Below are positions 51,316-63,472 of a stretch of DNA of 64,000 nucleotides, in pieces (positions within the stretch are counted from its first letter, which is position 1; every line of letters begins with the position of its first letter). Under the pieces are notes generated by a model. It saw only the letters and a list, made by a program, of their open reading frames with translations, ran no database searches and was not told where the DNA came from. Origin of the DNA: Spirulina sp. (lineage in GTDB: Bacteria; Cyanobacteriota; Cyanobacteriia; Phormidesmidales; Phormidesmidaceae). The DNA is taken from the NCBI GenBank assembly GCA_044070495.1, contig JBIPSI010000003.1, positions 128,001 through 192,000 of the forward strand, given 5' to 3'. A program made the translations under genes and the position numbers.

Positions 51316-52506
51316 TTAGTTGAGGGTGGTGGCCAGGGAAGGCAGGGTGGCGGGGTCGCCCACGTAGATGCCGAGGGATCGGGCGACTTTAACCATGGTG
51401 CCGTCAACTTCCACGGGGCCAGGGCAGACGTTGCGTTCATGGCAGTCGCGAACAATGGCGATGGCCTCGCCCAAATCCTTGGATCGTACCCGTCCCGCTT
51501 CCCACACCACCAGGCGTCCATAGCGCTCATCGGCAATTAAGTCGGTAGCTTTGCGGCCAAAGGCGGCGGCTAGCAGGCGATCCGAGGCGGTGGGGGTGCC
51601 GCTACGCTGGATGTGCCCTAGCACCGTGGCGCGGGTTTCCACGGCATCCATATCGCAGTAATCTACATCCCCGCTGGCGCAGAGGATATGGCTACGGCTG
51701 GCGATTTCCTTAGCCAAAAATTCGCCGATGGCCTTCATGCGGTGGCCGTCTTCGCCCCGCACCCCTTCCGCCACCACCACCAGGGCAAACTTGCGGCCTC
51801 GGTGGCGCAGTTCCGCCAGCTTATGGCACACCTGGTCAATGATGGTGCCACTGAGAGCCGTCACCAGTTCGGGAATCAAAATCACATCGGCCCCCCCGGC
51901 AATGCCCCCGTGCAGGGCCAGGTGTCCGGCATCGCGGCCCATCACCTCTACGACCATCACCCGGTCGTGGCTGGCGGCGGTGAAGGTGAGGTCGTAGAGG
52001 GCCGTGTTCACCGTTTGTACGGCGGTGTCAAAGCCGATGGATCGCTCGGTGAAGGGCACATCGTTGTCGATGGTTTTGGGAATGCCAATTAAGTTCCAGC
52101 CGCCCTTGAGGGAAATTTCGTAGATGATATCCAAGCTGCCGTCGCCGCCGATGGCGATGAGGGCATCTAAGCCCAGCAGTTCGTAGCCCTTGAGAATCTT
52201 GGCCAGCACCTCTGGGTTGCGGGAATCGCCCTTGTTAATAGAACCGAGGATTGACCCGCTGAGAAATTGCAGCACATCAATGCCCTGGAGCATCCCTGGA
52301 ATGTCGTAGCCGTGCTCTGGGATGATCAAATCATCGGGGTTGTAGGCTCCCTCCGCCACCCGCATCATGCCATCGGTGCCGTAGGGAATCCCCAGCACAT
52401 GCCACCCCCGCCGACTGGCGCACTTCACCACCGCACGAATCACCGCATTTAGGCCAGGGCAATCGCCGCCGCTAGTGAGGATACCAATGCGCTTAGGGCT
52501 CGCCAT
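51316..52506 (-). CDS. pfkA: 6-phosphofructokinase (PFK-A)
   Basis: TSGGDCPGLN, GGDGS, PKTIDND, EVMGR, LGHIQR. Confidence 0.95.
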   Translation of the reverse strand: MASPKRIGILTSGGDCPGLNAVIRAVVKCASRRGWHVLGIPYGTDGMMRVAEGAYNPDDLIIPEHGYDIPGMLQGIDVLQFLSGSILGSINKGDSRNPEVLAKILKGYELLGLDALIAIGGDGSLDIIYEISLKGGWNLIGIPKTIDNDVPFTERSIGFDTAVQTVNTALYDLTFTAASHDRVMVVEVMGRDAGHLALHGGIAGGADVILIPELVTALSGTIIDQVCHKLAELRHRGRKFALVVVAEGVRGEDGHRMKAIGEFLAKEIASRSHILCASGDVDYCDMDAVETRATVLGHIQRSGTPTASDRLLAAAFGRKATDLIADERYGRLVVWEAGRVRSKDLGEAIAIVRDCHERNVCPGPVEVDGTMVKVARSLGIYVGDPATLPSLATTLN

Positions 52507-52771
52507 GGGACAGTCTCCTTTGTGAATCGAGGTAGGTACCTAGAAATAGACGCACAGCGCCTAGGCTGGGCGACACGTGGCATTTCTTCTAGAGAGAATA
52601 TCAGCACCGTTCTGGATTCTAGAGAAGCTTCCGAATGTTTTCTAGAAGTCCCCTAGCGGGCTAAAAGTTCATTCCCATTGAAGGGAGGCAGGAGACGCTC
52701 AAAGCCCTTCTCCCGGAATTGGAAGAGGGGTTTGGGATGAGGGTGATCTACAGCGTTGTGATGGACGGAAT

Positions 52772-53734
52772 CTAGTTGACCGTGAGGGGGGCCATCAGTT
52801 CGGGATCTTGGAACAGCGGGGTGCTGAGGTAGCGTTCGCCAAAGCTGGGCTGGATGACGACGATCAGCTTGCCCTCATTTTCGGGGCGGCGGCCAATCTC
52901 AACGGCGGCCTTAACGGCGGCCCCGGTGGAAATGCCGGACAATAGCCCCTCCTCGCGGGCCATGCGCCGACCGTAGGCGATGGCATCCTCATCGGCCACC
53001 TGCACCACTTCGTCAATCAGATCGACCTTGAGCACCTCTGGGATGAAGCCAGCCCCAATGCCCTGAATTTTGTGGGAACCAGGCCGTCCCCCAGACAGCA
53101 CCGGGCTATTGACGGGTTCCACCGCAACGGCTTTGAACCCAGGCTTGCGCTGCTTGAGGACATCGGCCACCCCGGTAATGGTGCCCCCGGTGCCCACCCC
53201 GGCCACCAGAATGTCGATTTGCCCCTCGGTGTCGGCCCAAATTTCTTCGGCGGTGGTGCGGCGGTGAATATCGGGGTTCGCCGGGTTACTAAACTGTTGC
53301 AGCATGTAGGCATCGGGCAAGGAATCCAAAATTTCCTGTGCCCGCTGAATGCAGCCCGACATTCCCGCCATGCCGGGAGTCAGCTCTAGCTCGGCCCCGT
53401 AGGCCCGCAGCATAGCTCGCCGTTCGGAACTCATGGTTTCGGGCATAGTGAGGATGAGCCGATAGCCCTTCGCCGCCGCCGCCATGGCCAAGGCAATGCC
53501 CGTATTGCCAGAGGTGGGTTCCACCAGGGTGGTTTTGCCGGGAGTAATCAGCCCCTCCGCCTCCGCCGCTTCAATCATATTGATGCCGATGCGGTCTTTC
53601 ACCGACGCCGAGGGGTTCATCCCCTCCAGTTTGATCACCAATTGGGCCAGACAGCCATCGGCCTGGGGAATGCGGTTTAGCCGAACCAGGGGCGTCCGAC
53701 CAATCAGTTGGGTCACATTGTCTGCAATACGCAT
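52772..53734 (-). CDS. cysK: Cysteine synthase A
   Basis: SVKDRI, PTSGNTG, GTGGT, GERYLST. Confidence 0.97.
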   Translation of the reverse strand: MRIADNVTQLIGRTPLVRLNRIPQADGCLAQLVIKLEGMNPSASVKDRIGINMIEAAEAEGLITPGKTTLVEPTSGNTGIALAMAAAAKGYRLILTMPETMSSERRAMLRAYGAELELTPGMAGMSGCIQRAQEILDSLPDAYMLQQFSNPANPDIHRRTTAEEIWADTEGQIDILVAGVGTGGTITGVADVLKQRKPGFKAVAVEPVNSPVLSGGRPGSHKIQGIGAGFIPEVLKVDLIDEVVQVADEDAIAYGRRMAREEGLLSGISTGAAVKAAVEIGRRPENEGKLIVVIQPSFGERYLSTPLFQDPELMAPLTVN

Positions 53735-53743
53735 GGGTCTGGC

Positions 53744-54178
53744 CTAGATGTAATACATGATGTCGATCTGTTGTTTGGCGTTGCGTTGTTCCAGCAGGTC
53801 TTGCAAGGTATAGCGTTGCAGCACCGTCTCCGCCGCCTGACGCACCTCCCCCCACACATCCTGAATCACCACCGCCTCTAGAGTTTCGGGGGATTTGTCC
53901 GCATCGGGCTGGCCATCAAACCCTTCGATGCAGCTCATCACATCGTAGAGACTGACTTTCCACGGCTCACGGGCCAGCAAATAGCCCCCCCGCGCCCCCC
54001 GCTGGCTTTTGACCAATCCGGCTCGACGCAGCGTCGCCAACAGTTGCTCTAAGTATCGGTCAGGGATGCTTTGCTTAGCGGAAATTTGACGAATTTGTAA
54101 GGGTTCGCCGCTGGCATGGTGGGCGCTGAGTTCAATTAAAGCCAGCAGGGCGTATTCACTTTTGCAAGACAAATCCAC
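53744..54178 (-). CDS. Rrf2-family transcriptional regulator (CymR-like)
   Basis: EYALLAL, YLEQL, SQRGARGGY; upstream of cysK. Confidence 0.92.
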   Translation of the reverse strand: MDLSCKSEYALLALIELSAHHASGEPLQIRQISAKQSIPDRYLEQLLATLRRAGLVKSQRGARGGYLLAREPWKVSLYDVMSCIEGFDGQPDADKSPETLEAVVIQDVWGEVRQAAETVLQRYTLQDLLEQRNAKQQIDIMYYI

Positions 54179-54212
54179 GGCAGGGAGGCAGCTAAAGGGC
54201 GACACCCCTAGT

Positions 54213-54237
54213 ATACTCCGGTTCTCCACTGGGGTTT
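54213..54237. promoter_or_regulatory. Putative Rrf2 operator
   Basis: Imperfect 10-5-10 palindrome ATACTCCGGT-TCTCC-ACTGGGGTTT upstream of rrf2-cysK. Confidence 0.45.
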
Positions 54238-54259
54238 GCAGGATTTATAAGGCTAGGGG

Positions 54260-54784
54260 TCAACTCAGCCAGAACAGTCCCCCTAGAACTATCCCAACCA
54301 ATCCCAGCGCTATCCACAGAAAGCCATTATCACCAGTGTTCACTTGGCTCAGATCCAGCGGTTCCGGCTCTGGTTTGGGCGAACGCCTCGGCCTCGAACG
54401 CAGTTGTACCGTGGAAAGGCCACCGCCGGAGGGGTTGCCCTCCTCCAAACTCCCCAGGTCGGGAATTTGGCTCATCCAGTTGCCCGGTCGTCGTAGCTGG
54501 GGGGCTTGCAGAATGTACAGCAAATTCTTGGCCTGTTTACGCACCTCCAAATCAGGGTGGCGGGTGAGGGTTTCGCAGAGGGCCTCGGCCTCGCGACCCT
54601 GGCCCACGGCATTGTAGGCATTCACCAGCCAGATCTGAATTTCTCCACCCAGGGGAGTGGTCGCCCTAGCCAGCTTCACCCCCGCCTCAAAATGGGTCAT
54701 CGCCTGCCGGTAGTTGCCATGCTCAAAGGCGGCTTGGCCCTGGGCGTATTCGGTCTGGGCTTGGGAGCGAGGATCGGTGGTCAT
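54260..54784 (-). CDS. TPR-like protein with C-terminal TM
   Basis: AFEHGNYRQA, LLYILQAPQL, hydrophobic C-terminus. Confidence 0.85.
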   Translation of the reverse strand: MTTDPRSQAQTEYAQGQAAFEHGNYRQAMTHFEAGVKLARATTPLGGEIQIWLVNAYNAVGQGREAEALCETLTRHPDLEVRKQAKNLLYILQAPQLRRPGNWMSQIPDLGSLEEGNPSGGGLSTVQLRSRPRRSPKPEPEPLDLSQVNTGDNGFLWIALGLVGIVLGGLFWLS

Positions 54785-54818
54785 GGTCGTGAAAGGGGCG
54801 TAGAAGGGGTGGGGATAA

Positions 54819-55628
54819 CTAGCGGAGGGACTGGATGGTCTGAGCGGTCAGTTGGGTGATGGCATCGACCACCACCGCAGCCCCGGCTTGGGTGAGGCTG
54901 TCGCGGTAGGACTGGCTATAGTCGCCCCCGATGGCGGTGACATGGGGTGGAAGGATACCAACCCCGATCCAGGGGCGTTGGGGACGCTGTGTTTCGGCAT
55001 GGCCCAGGGTTTGCATATCCGCAACAGTATCCCCAGCGTAGAGCACGGGTAAATTAGGGGAAAGCTGGTGCTGTTTTGTCAGGTGATCCACGACCTCAAA
55101 CAATCCAGTCGGATCGGGCTTACCAGGGGCATCCTCCATGGCAATCAGCACCGGGGAAGACAACCCAATCCGCCGCTCCAGCACATAGCGGGCCGACCCA
55201 CGGGTGGCCCCGCTGAAAAAGCCCCAGGGAACGCCATCGGCGCTGAGTTGGTCAAAATACGCTTTATCCACCAGCAGCGGCTCCTGGGTAATGTAGCCCG
55301 TCCATTGGTCGTTTTCCCCTTGATTAGGGCCACGGTAGCGGCTTTGGAAAAAGGCCACAATCTCGTCGTAGGTAATAGGGACTTGGTTGCGGGATTTCCC
55401 CTGACGCTCAAAATATCTCAGGATCAATTCCTGCGACCCTTCCCAGTCGTTATTCCAAATCCCTTCCCCCTTGAGGGTGTCGATGTCCTCTGGGGTGGGT
55501 CGATAGCCGCCCTGGGTAAATTGCTCCACGGTATCGGCTAGGGCACGGCGATAGGAGTTGCCCACATCGCGCAGTACACCGTCGATATCAAAGACGAGAA
55601 TGGCTGTGGGGTGAGGAAATGCAGTCAT
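54819..55628 (-). CDS. TIGR01548-family HAD hydrolase
   Basis: FDIDGV, WNNDW, KPDP, GDTVAD. Confidence 0.9.
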   Translation of the reverse strand: MTAFPHPTAILVFDIDGVLRDVGNSYRRALADTVEQFTQGGYRPTPEDIDTLKGEGIWNNDWEGSQELILRYFERQGKSRNQVPITYDEIVAFFQSRYRGPNQGENDQWTGYITQEPLLVDKAYFDQLSADGVPWGFFSGATRGSARYVLERRIGLSSPVLIAMEDAPGKPDPTGLFEVVDHLTKQHQLSPNLPVLYAGDTVADMQTLGHAETQRPQRPWIGVGILPPHVTAIGGDYSQSYRDSLTQAGAAVVVDAITQLTAQTIQSLR

Positions 55629-55712
55629 AACCGGGGCAGATTTGTCTAGAGGTCAGGGTTAAAGTGGTAAGATTATAGACTGTAGTATTTTTCAGTTGCG
55701 GCGGAGGTCTAG

Positions 55713-56012
55713 TTGTCCAGATTTGTCTTAAAAGTACTCTGGCTCGAAAATGACGTGGCGCTAGCGGTTGATCAGGTTGTGGGTAAGGGCACCAGTCCGC
55801 TTACGTCCTACTTCTTCTGGCCGCGCAACGATGCCTGGGAACAAATGAAAACCGAACTGGAAAGTAAGCCCTGGATTGAAGAAGAAGAACGGGTTGAAAT
55901 CCTCAACAAAGCCACGGAAATCATCAACTATTGGCAGGAAGAGGGCAAGGGTAAATCCCTAACCGATGCCCAAGTCCGCTTCCCCGAAATTACCTTCACC
56001 GGTAGTTCGTGA
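55713..56012 (+). CDS. ycf65: 30S ribosomal protein PSRP-3 / Ycf65
   Basis: [26 protein letters not shown] start. Confidence 0.93.
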   Translation: MSRFVLKVLWLENDVALAVDQVVGKGTSPLTSYFFWPRNDAWEQMKTELESKPWIEEEERVEILNKATEIINYWQEEGKGKSLTDAQVRFPEITFTGSS

Positions 56013-56053
56013 TTTGGGATGATTGACGCTCGGCGTTGATTCCCATCAAGCTC

Positions 56054-56090
56054 TAAAAAAGAACCCCATCATAGATGAGGTTCTTTTTTA
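56054..56090. terminator. Bidirectional intrinsic terminator
   Basis: TAAAAAAGAACCCCATC-ATA-GATGAGGTTCTTTTTTA between convergent ycf65 and atpC. Confidence 0.85.
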
Positions 56091-56130
56091 TTGAGTATTG
56101 GGCGAGTTTCACCTTCAGAAAAACCGCCGC

Positions 56131-56538
56131 CTACTTGATACCTTCAGCGGCCTGAAGTTTGGCACGGGCACGTTTTACAGCTTGGCGGGCTTGGATGACG
56201 GCTTGCTTGTCGTCTTCCTTTACTTGGCCAAGGCGAGCTTCGGCCTCTTCAAAGGCGGTACGGGCCGCAGCGGGATCGATGTTCTCGCCACGCTCAGCTC
56301 CGTTCACCAGAATGGTGACTTCGTTGGTATCAACCTCGGCAAACCCACCCATGAGAGCAATGGGAATCCAGGTTTTATCAGATCGCACCCGCATCACGCC
56401 GATATCCAGCGCGGTCATTAGGGGGGCGTGGCCAGCCAGAATACCGAGCTGACCCGTGGTGCTGGGTAGGATGACCTCCTCAGCTTCGGAATCCCAGACG
56501 GTTTTGTCTGGGGCAATCACGCGAACGGTTAAGGCCAT
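56131..56538 (-). CDS. atpC: ATP synthase F1 epsilon subunit
   Basis: [21 protein letters not shown]. Confidence 0.96.
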   Translation of the reverse strand: MALTVRVIAPDKTVWDSEAEEVILPSTTGQLGILAGHAPLMTALDIGVMRVRSDKTWIPIALMGGFAEVDTNEVTILVNGAERGENIDPAAARTAFEEAEARLGQVKEDDKQAVIQARQAVKRARAKLQAAEGIK

Positions 56539-56592
56539 AGCAATACTGCAAATGAGGTGGATGGTCGAGAAAGAAGGTGACAGACGTGGTTG

Positions 56593-56700
56593 GCCCTTAC
56601 CCTAAATCCTTCTCCGAGGGGAGATCCCCCTAAATCCCCCTTAAAAAGGGTGACTTTGAATTCGGTTCCCCCTTCATAAGGGGGGCTAGGGGGGATCAAC
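56593..56700. repeat. Nested hairpin repeats between atpD and atpC
   Basis: GATCCCCCTAAATCCCCC..GGGGGCTAGGGGGGATC adjoining a CCCTTACCCTAAATCC repeat. Confidence 0.75.
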
Positions 56701-56758
56701 CCTTGGGGCAAGACGGATCACATAGACGGTGAGGGTAACCTGCCTTCAGGGAGAGGGT

Positions 56759-58231
<1,473 letters not shown>

Positions 58232-58580
58232 TCAGCTAGTTTGGCGGCTTCTATGTCACTGTTACATTCCAAAGCGCCATCATTCAGATTATCACTAGAG
58301 TGCAACGCCCCACGATGATTCTACGGACTTTGTGGAGCGGATCGACCAAATCCTTCTGTCAACTGGGTTACGGTCTAATTCAGTAGAGAGCGTTGCTAGA
58401 CGTTCACTGGATTGTCCAGAAAGCTAGCGTTGAGCCAAGGCTTACCGTTTCTTCCTACCTCTTGGCCGAGGATCGATTTCCGACTCAACCTGGCCTGCTC
58501 ACCCCCAGTATCAGCGGGCGAGGAGACCTCTCCCCTACGGATTGTCGGGCTGGGAAGCGAGGTTTTCCAATTCAGACTTT

Positions 58581-59207
58581 CTATCCTTCCACTCCAAGGA
58601 TGGCTTGGGCCGTTAGGTTTAGGCTGGGAAAGATAGACGACGTAATGCGTTGATCGCCGCGCAGGAGTTGCCGATCATAACGTCCCTCTGCGTTCAATAG
58701 GCAGACGGTTAGCGTGGGTTGTTTGGGCCGACCAATGAAGAACTCGCCGCCAAGACCTTGATAGTCGGCAATCCAGTATTCTGGGATGCCCAGCAGAGCG
58801 TAGTCTTCGAGCTTACGGGCATAGTCGTTTTGCCAATTGCTGCTGACGACCTCTGCCACAAATTTGATCGTGTTGCCAAGGGTGACGACGGGTTGGCTGG
58901 CCCACAGCGGCTCTTCGGCCAAGGCGGCGCGGTCTAGGACGATCACATCAGGCCGAAACCCAGTCTGGTTGGCGAGGGGTTTGATCAAGCAGCGATGAGG
59001 GATGAAGTAATCGGCCCCCTGCTGGACGATGTCGTAATTAAGCCAGCGGGCGATGGTCGCCGCCACTTCTTCATGGGGGCCAGTTGGTTCCAAGTCAAAT
59101 AGCTCTCCGTCAATGAGTTCGTAGCGGCTGTCGTCACCATACCGAGCCAGGAAATCCTCAAAGCTCAGGGCAATGGGTTGGATGGGGAGATCGCTTGCGA
59201 GTGCCAT
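58581..59207 (-). CDS. Uma2-family endonuclease
   Basis: YELIDG, RPDV, EVVSSNWQNDY, GIPEYWI. Confidence 0.92.
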   Translation of the reverse strand: MALASDLPIQPIALSFEDFLARYGDDSRYELIDGELFDLEPTGPHEEVAATIARWLNYDIVQQGADYFIPHRCLIKPLANQTGFRPDVIVLDRAALAEEPLWASQPVVTLGNTIKFVAEVVSSNWQNDYARKLEDYALLGIPEYWIADYQGLGGEFFIGRPKQPTLTVCLLNAEGRYDRQLLRGDQRITSSIFPSLNLTAQAILGVEG

Positions 59208-59451
59208 GGTTGCTCTGACGGCCCTGGGGGTGCTATGGGCGAACGGTAAGCTCTGTATCAGTTTATCGTGATCGCCTCAGGCTAGGCGATCTCCTCGCCA
59301 GCGCCGTCATCCCTGCGGCAACTGTGCCAACATGTTCTTGGGAGACCGAATAAACCGACAGCTTTGCCGTGCGCCCTGCCGCCACGGATGGGCCAGGTAT
59401 GATGAGTCTTAAGGTTGCCGAATTCTGGGCCTACTGGCCAGGTGTGCTGCA

Positions 59452-60006
59452 ATGACTGTGACGATTGCCCGCTGGACTCTGGCTGACTACCACCACCTGG
59501 TGCAAGCTGGCCTGTTGGAAGGTCGGTCGCTTGAATTGCTGAACGGGTTGATTGTCGAAATGCCGCCAGAAGGGCCAGAACATGCCGATGCCTCAACTCG
59601 CTTGATGCCGCTACTCTGGGGGGTGGCCCAGGGGCGTTATCAGGTGAGGGCGGCTAAGCCCATCAGTATCCCCTCCAGCGATAGCGAACCGGAACCCGAT
59701 ATTGCCCTGGTGCGTGATCGCTCATACCGAAGCGCCCACCCACACCCTGAGGAGATTTTTCTAGTCATTGAATTTTCTAACACGAGTCTGGCTAAAGACA
59801 CTGAAGATAAACCGCTGGTTTACGCCCAGGCCGGGATTGCAGACTACTGGGTGGTGAATTTACGAGATCGCTGTGTCATGCTCTACCGCCGCCCTGCCGA
59901 AGGTCGTTATCAATCTGAGCAAACACTGTTCTCCGGAGAAATTGCTCCGCTGGCATTTCCCGATGTCACGGTCAATATAGCCCGCTTGCTGGCTCACGAG
60001 TCCTGA
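59452..60006 (+). CDS. Uma2-family endonuclease
   Basis: ELLNG, SEPEPDI, VIEFS, YAQAGIADYW. Confidence 0.92.
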   Translation: MTVTIARWTLADYHHLVQAGLLEGRSLELLNGLIVEMPPEGPEHADASTRLMPLLWGVAQGRYQVRAAKPISIPSSDSEPEPDIALVRDRSYRSAHPHPEEIFLVIEFSNTSLAKDTEDKPLVYAQAGIADYWVVNLRDRCVMLYRRPAEGRYQSEQTLFSGEIAPLAFPDVTVNIARLLAHES

Positions 60007-60113
60007 CCTGGGGCTATACCGCTTGCAAGTGCCCTGGTTGCTCTGGCGGCCCTGGAGAATGGGATAGCCTGGGATAGGCAAAGACTAGCGTTGCTTCGTC
60101 GCTTACTCAGTCT

Positions 60114-60282
60114 CAGTAGATCACAAAGTCAGATCACAAAGTCCCCCTAACCCTCACCCCCAGCCCCTCTCCCAGGAGGGAGAGGGGAGCTAGAACGCCC
60201 CTCAAAGTCCCTCTCCCACGTTGGGAGAGGGATTTAGGGTGAGGGCCAGATCCGCGCAATCGAGCAAGTTTGTGATCTACTG
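60114..60282. mobile_element. MITE, 169 bp, 14-bp TIRs, 5-bp TSD
   Basis: CAGTAGATCACAAA..TTTGTGATCTACTG flanked by AGTCT at 60109-60113 and 60283-60287. Confidence 0.8.
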
Positions 60283-60470
60283 AGTCTATCGTGATCGCCG
60301 CATGGCCCCAGCCACCGCCCCAGTTCGCGCTAGGGTCATGGTGCGTTAGCTATCTGAGGGAGGGAATGAAGCGTGAAGAATGGGACGATGGCGACCAATT
60401 TGGGAACGCTACAGGAATCAGCCGCCAGGGCTGTGTAGGGTCTCCTAAGTCGTTTTGGTCAACCCCAGCC

Positions 60471-61217
60471 ATGATGCAACGTCTTCAGCATTTAACCAAT
60501 ACCTTGCAAACCCAATGGTCTTACAACTCCAGCGCCCGTGGCACCGCCAAAATGGCCGCTGGGGCTATCTTAATCGCCGAAGGGGTGTTTGGCGTTAGCC
60601 GATCCCTCATCAGGGGACGACGCCCTAGTAACGGTGGTAGTGGCCTGTTTGGCAGTGCCGTCGGAGTTGTTGCGGGAGGCTTTTTCATGGGGGTCGGTTT
60701 GATGATCGCTCCCCGCCCCTTTGCGGATGAAATCGTCATCACCGGGGAAATTGTGCAGGTAGACCGGGTCACCGACAGCGACGGCGACACCCTCTACCGC
60801 CCCGTGTATGGCTATACCGTCAACGATCAGACCTATCAGTTCAACTCATCGGTGCGATCCAGCCATCGGCCTAGCATTGGCTATCCGGTCACCATCGGCT
60901 ACTCGGAGTCGGCCCCGGACAATGCCCGCCGTCTGGATGGGATGGATGGCCACTTCCATCTGATTTTTGTCGGAATCGGGGGCCTAGTGATGGTGTTTTC
61001 TCTAGTCAGCCTGGGCGTTAGCATCGTGCTGATTGTAGTCGGTGTCCGGTTGATCATGGCCGGACGGCAGGATCGCCAAATTGCAGGCCACAATACCAGC
61101 CTGATGGAGGATATCTTCTCTCTGACCCAGCGGGCCAACAACGGCGAGATCGACATTCACCACACTGCCGCTGGCCAAACCGGACAGAACCAGGGCGACT
61201 TTGAATGGAAAGCCTGA
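60471..61217 (+). CDS. DUF3592-like membrane protein
   Basis: TM - G.IV..DSDG.TLYRPVY.Y...V.IGY...P..AR - TM pattern. Confidence 0.75.
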   Translation: MMQRLQHLTNTLQTQWSYNSSARGTAKMAAGAILIAEGVFGVSRSLIRGRRPSNGGSGLFGSAVGVVAGGFFMGVGLMIAPRPFADEIVITGEIVQVDRVTDSDGDTLYRPVYGYTVNDQTYQFNSSVRSSHRPSIGYPVTIGYSESAPDNARRLDGMDGHFHLIFVGIGGLVMVFSLVSLGVSIVLIVVGVRLIMAGRQDRQIAGHNTSLMEDIFSLTQRANNGEIDIHHTAAGQTGQNQGDFEWKA

Positions 61218-61288
61218 TGCGCCTTGCCCTTAACCTAGTGTTTAGGTTGGGAAGATAGAATGCAGGCATCGGTTCGATTAGGCAGGCA

Positions 61289-63472
61289 ATGGCGAAGGCA
61301 AAGGCAAAGGACAGCGAGGTCAAGGCAGAGGAATCCTCGGCGGCGGCCATCAATTTGGCGGATCCTCAGTACTACGTTAACCGCGAGCTGAGCTGGCTAG
61401 ATTTTAACGAGCGGGTGCTAAACGAAGCCCTGGATCCGCGCACGCCGCTGATCGAGCGGCTGAAGTTTTTGGCTATTTACAGCTCCAACCTAGACGAATT
61501 TTTCATGGTGCGTATTTCCGGCGTCATGGAACAGATTGATGCCGATGTGCATCCCAAAACCCCCGATGGCCTGTCGCCCAAAAAGCAGTTGGTGGCCATG
61601 CGGGCGCATTTATTGGAAAAAGTCGCCCTTCAGCACCGCACCTTCGAGCAGGAACTCCGCCCCGCCCTCACCCAGCACGGGGTGCATCTGCTGAACTATG
61701 CCGATCTCAGCGCGGATCAGCAGCAGTTTTTGCGAGATTACTTTGAAAAACGCATTTTTCCGGTGCTGACTCCCCTCAGCGTGGATCCGGCCCATCCCTT
61801 CCCCCGCATGTCGAACCTGAGCCTGAATTTGGCGGTGCGAGTGGTCAATCCCGAAAATGGCCAAGAGCGATTTGCACGGGTGAAGGTGCCTAGCAACCTA
61901 CCTCGGTTTGTGGGGATGCCAGAGGCCCTTTGCCATTACCAGGGCAAAGATTGCGTATGGGTTGGCGTCCCCCTAGAGCAGATTATTTCTGAGAATTTAG
62001 ATGCTCTCTTTCCGGGCATGAGCATCGGCGGACACCACGCCTTTCGCATTACCCGCGATGCCGATTTTCCGGTGCTGGAAGAAGAGGCCGACGACCTACT
62101 CATTGCCATTGAACAGGAAATTAGCAAGCGACGCCTGGAAGGATTTATCTGCCGCCTAGAGATCGAGCAAAGTATGCCCGAAGATCTGCGCCAGGGGATT
62201 ATGCGCGAGCTGGCCGTGAGTGATGATCGGGTGTACGACATTGATGGCATGTTAAGCCTCAAGGATCTCTTCTTCTTCCTTTCCTTACCCCTGCCAGAAC
62301 TGAAGGATACCCCTTGGTCTGCCCTCACGCCGCCCCGCCTGAAGCCCGTCATCGAAGTAGAAGAAGATGGCTATGCAGAGCAGGCTCCCGATATTTTTGC
62401 GGCCATTCGTCAGGGCGATATCTTAGTGCATCATCCCTACGAATCTTTCAAGGCATCCGTCCAGGAATTTATTACCCAGGCGGCGAATGATCCGAAGGTT
62501 CTCGCCATTAAAATTACCCTCTATCGCACCTCCGGGGATTCCCCAATTGTGAAGGCGCTGATCAACGCTGCGGCTAACCGTAAACAGGTGGTGGCTTTAG
62601 TCGAACTGAAAGCCCGCTTTGATGAGGCCAACAATATTGTCTGGGCCAAGCGCCTAGAGGATGCCGGAGTGCATGTGGTCTACGGCGTGGTGGGGCTAAA
62701 AACCCACACCAAAACCACCCTAGTGGTGCGGGAGGAGGGCGATGAAATTCGCCGCTATGTCCACATTGGCACCGGAAACTATAACCCCAAAACCTCCAGC
62801 CTCTATACCGATTTGGGGCTGTTTAGCTGTCGGGAAGATCTAGGTGCTGACCTCACAGATCTATTCAATTTCCTCACCGGATACTCCCGTCAGCAAGCCT
62901 ACCGCAAGCTGTTAGTGGCACCCCTGACTCTGCGGGATCGCATGGAAGGACTCATTCGCCGGGAAATTGACCTGGCCCACAGTGGCAAACCAGGAAAGAT
63001 GATTGCCAAAATGAATTCCCTCGTAGACGGCAGAATCATTCGGTTGCTCTACGAAGCCTCCCAGGCAGGGGTCGAAATTGATCTGATTATTCGCGGCATT
63101 TGTTGTCTGCGTCCTGGTGTTCCTGGGGTCAGCGAAAATATTCGAGTGATCAGCGTCATCGGGCGCTTTTTGGAACATTCGCGCATCTTCTATTTCTATA
63201 ACGACGGACAGCCCGAATACTACATTGGCAGCGCCGACTGGATGACCCGTAACCTGGATCGTCGGGTGGAGGCCATTACCCCCGTGGAAGACCCGGCGCT
63301 GGTGAAGGAATTGCAGAACATTTTGCAGATTGCCCTGGCCGACAATCGCCAAGCCTGGGACATGGCCGCCGATGGCACCTTTACCCAACGCCGCCCCGCC
63401 GAAGGTGAGGAAGAACGCGGCACCCACAACACCCTCATGGCCCTGGCCCTGAAGCGGGATCGGTCTTGCTAG
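61289..63472 (+). CDS. ppk1: Polyphosphate kinase 1
   Basis: NRELSWL.FN, HHPYESF, ELKARFDE, GRFLEHSR, SADWM.RNL. Confidence 0.97.
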   Translation: MAKAKAKDSEVKAEESSAAAINLADPQYYVNRELSWLDFNERVLNEALDPRTPLIERLKFLAIYSSNLDEFFMVRISGVMEQIDADVHPKTPDGLSPKKQLVAMRAHLLEKVALQHRTFEQELRPALTQHGVHLLNYADLSADQQQFLRDYFEKRIFPVLTPLSVDPAHPFPRMSNLSLNLAVRVVNPENGQERFARVKVPSNLPRFVGMPEALCHYQGKDCVWVGVPLEQIISENLDALFPGMSIGGHHAFRITRDADFPVLEEEADDLLIAIEQEISKRRLEGFICRLEIEQSMPEDLRQGIMRELAVSDDRVYDIDGMLSLKDLFFFLSLPLPELKDTPWSALTPPRLKPVIEVEEDGYAEQAPDIFAAIRQGDILVHHPYESFKASVQEFITQAANDPKVLAIKITLYRTSGDSPIVKALINAAANRKQVVALVELKARFDEANNIVWAKRLEDAGVHVVYGVVGLKTHTKTTLVVREEGDEIRRYVHIGTGNYNPKTSSLYTDLGLFSCREDLGADLTDLFNFLTGYSRQQAYRKLLVAPLTLRDRMEGLIRREIDLAHSGKPGKMIAKMNSLVDGRIIRLLYEASQAGVEIDLIIRGICCLRPGVPGVSENIRVISVIGRFLEHSRIFYFYNDGQPEYYIGSADWMTRNLDRRVEAITPVEDPALVKELQNILQIALADNRQAWDMAADGTFTQRRPAEGEEERGTHNTLMALALKRDRSC

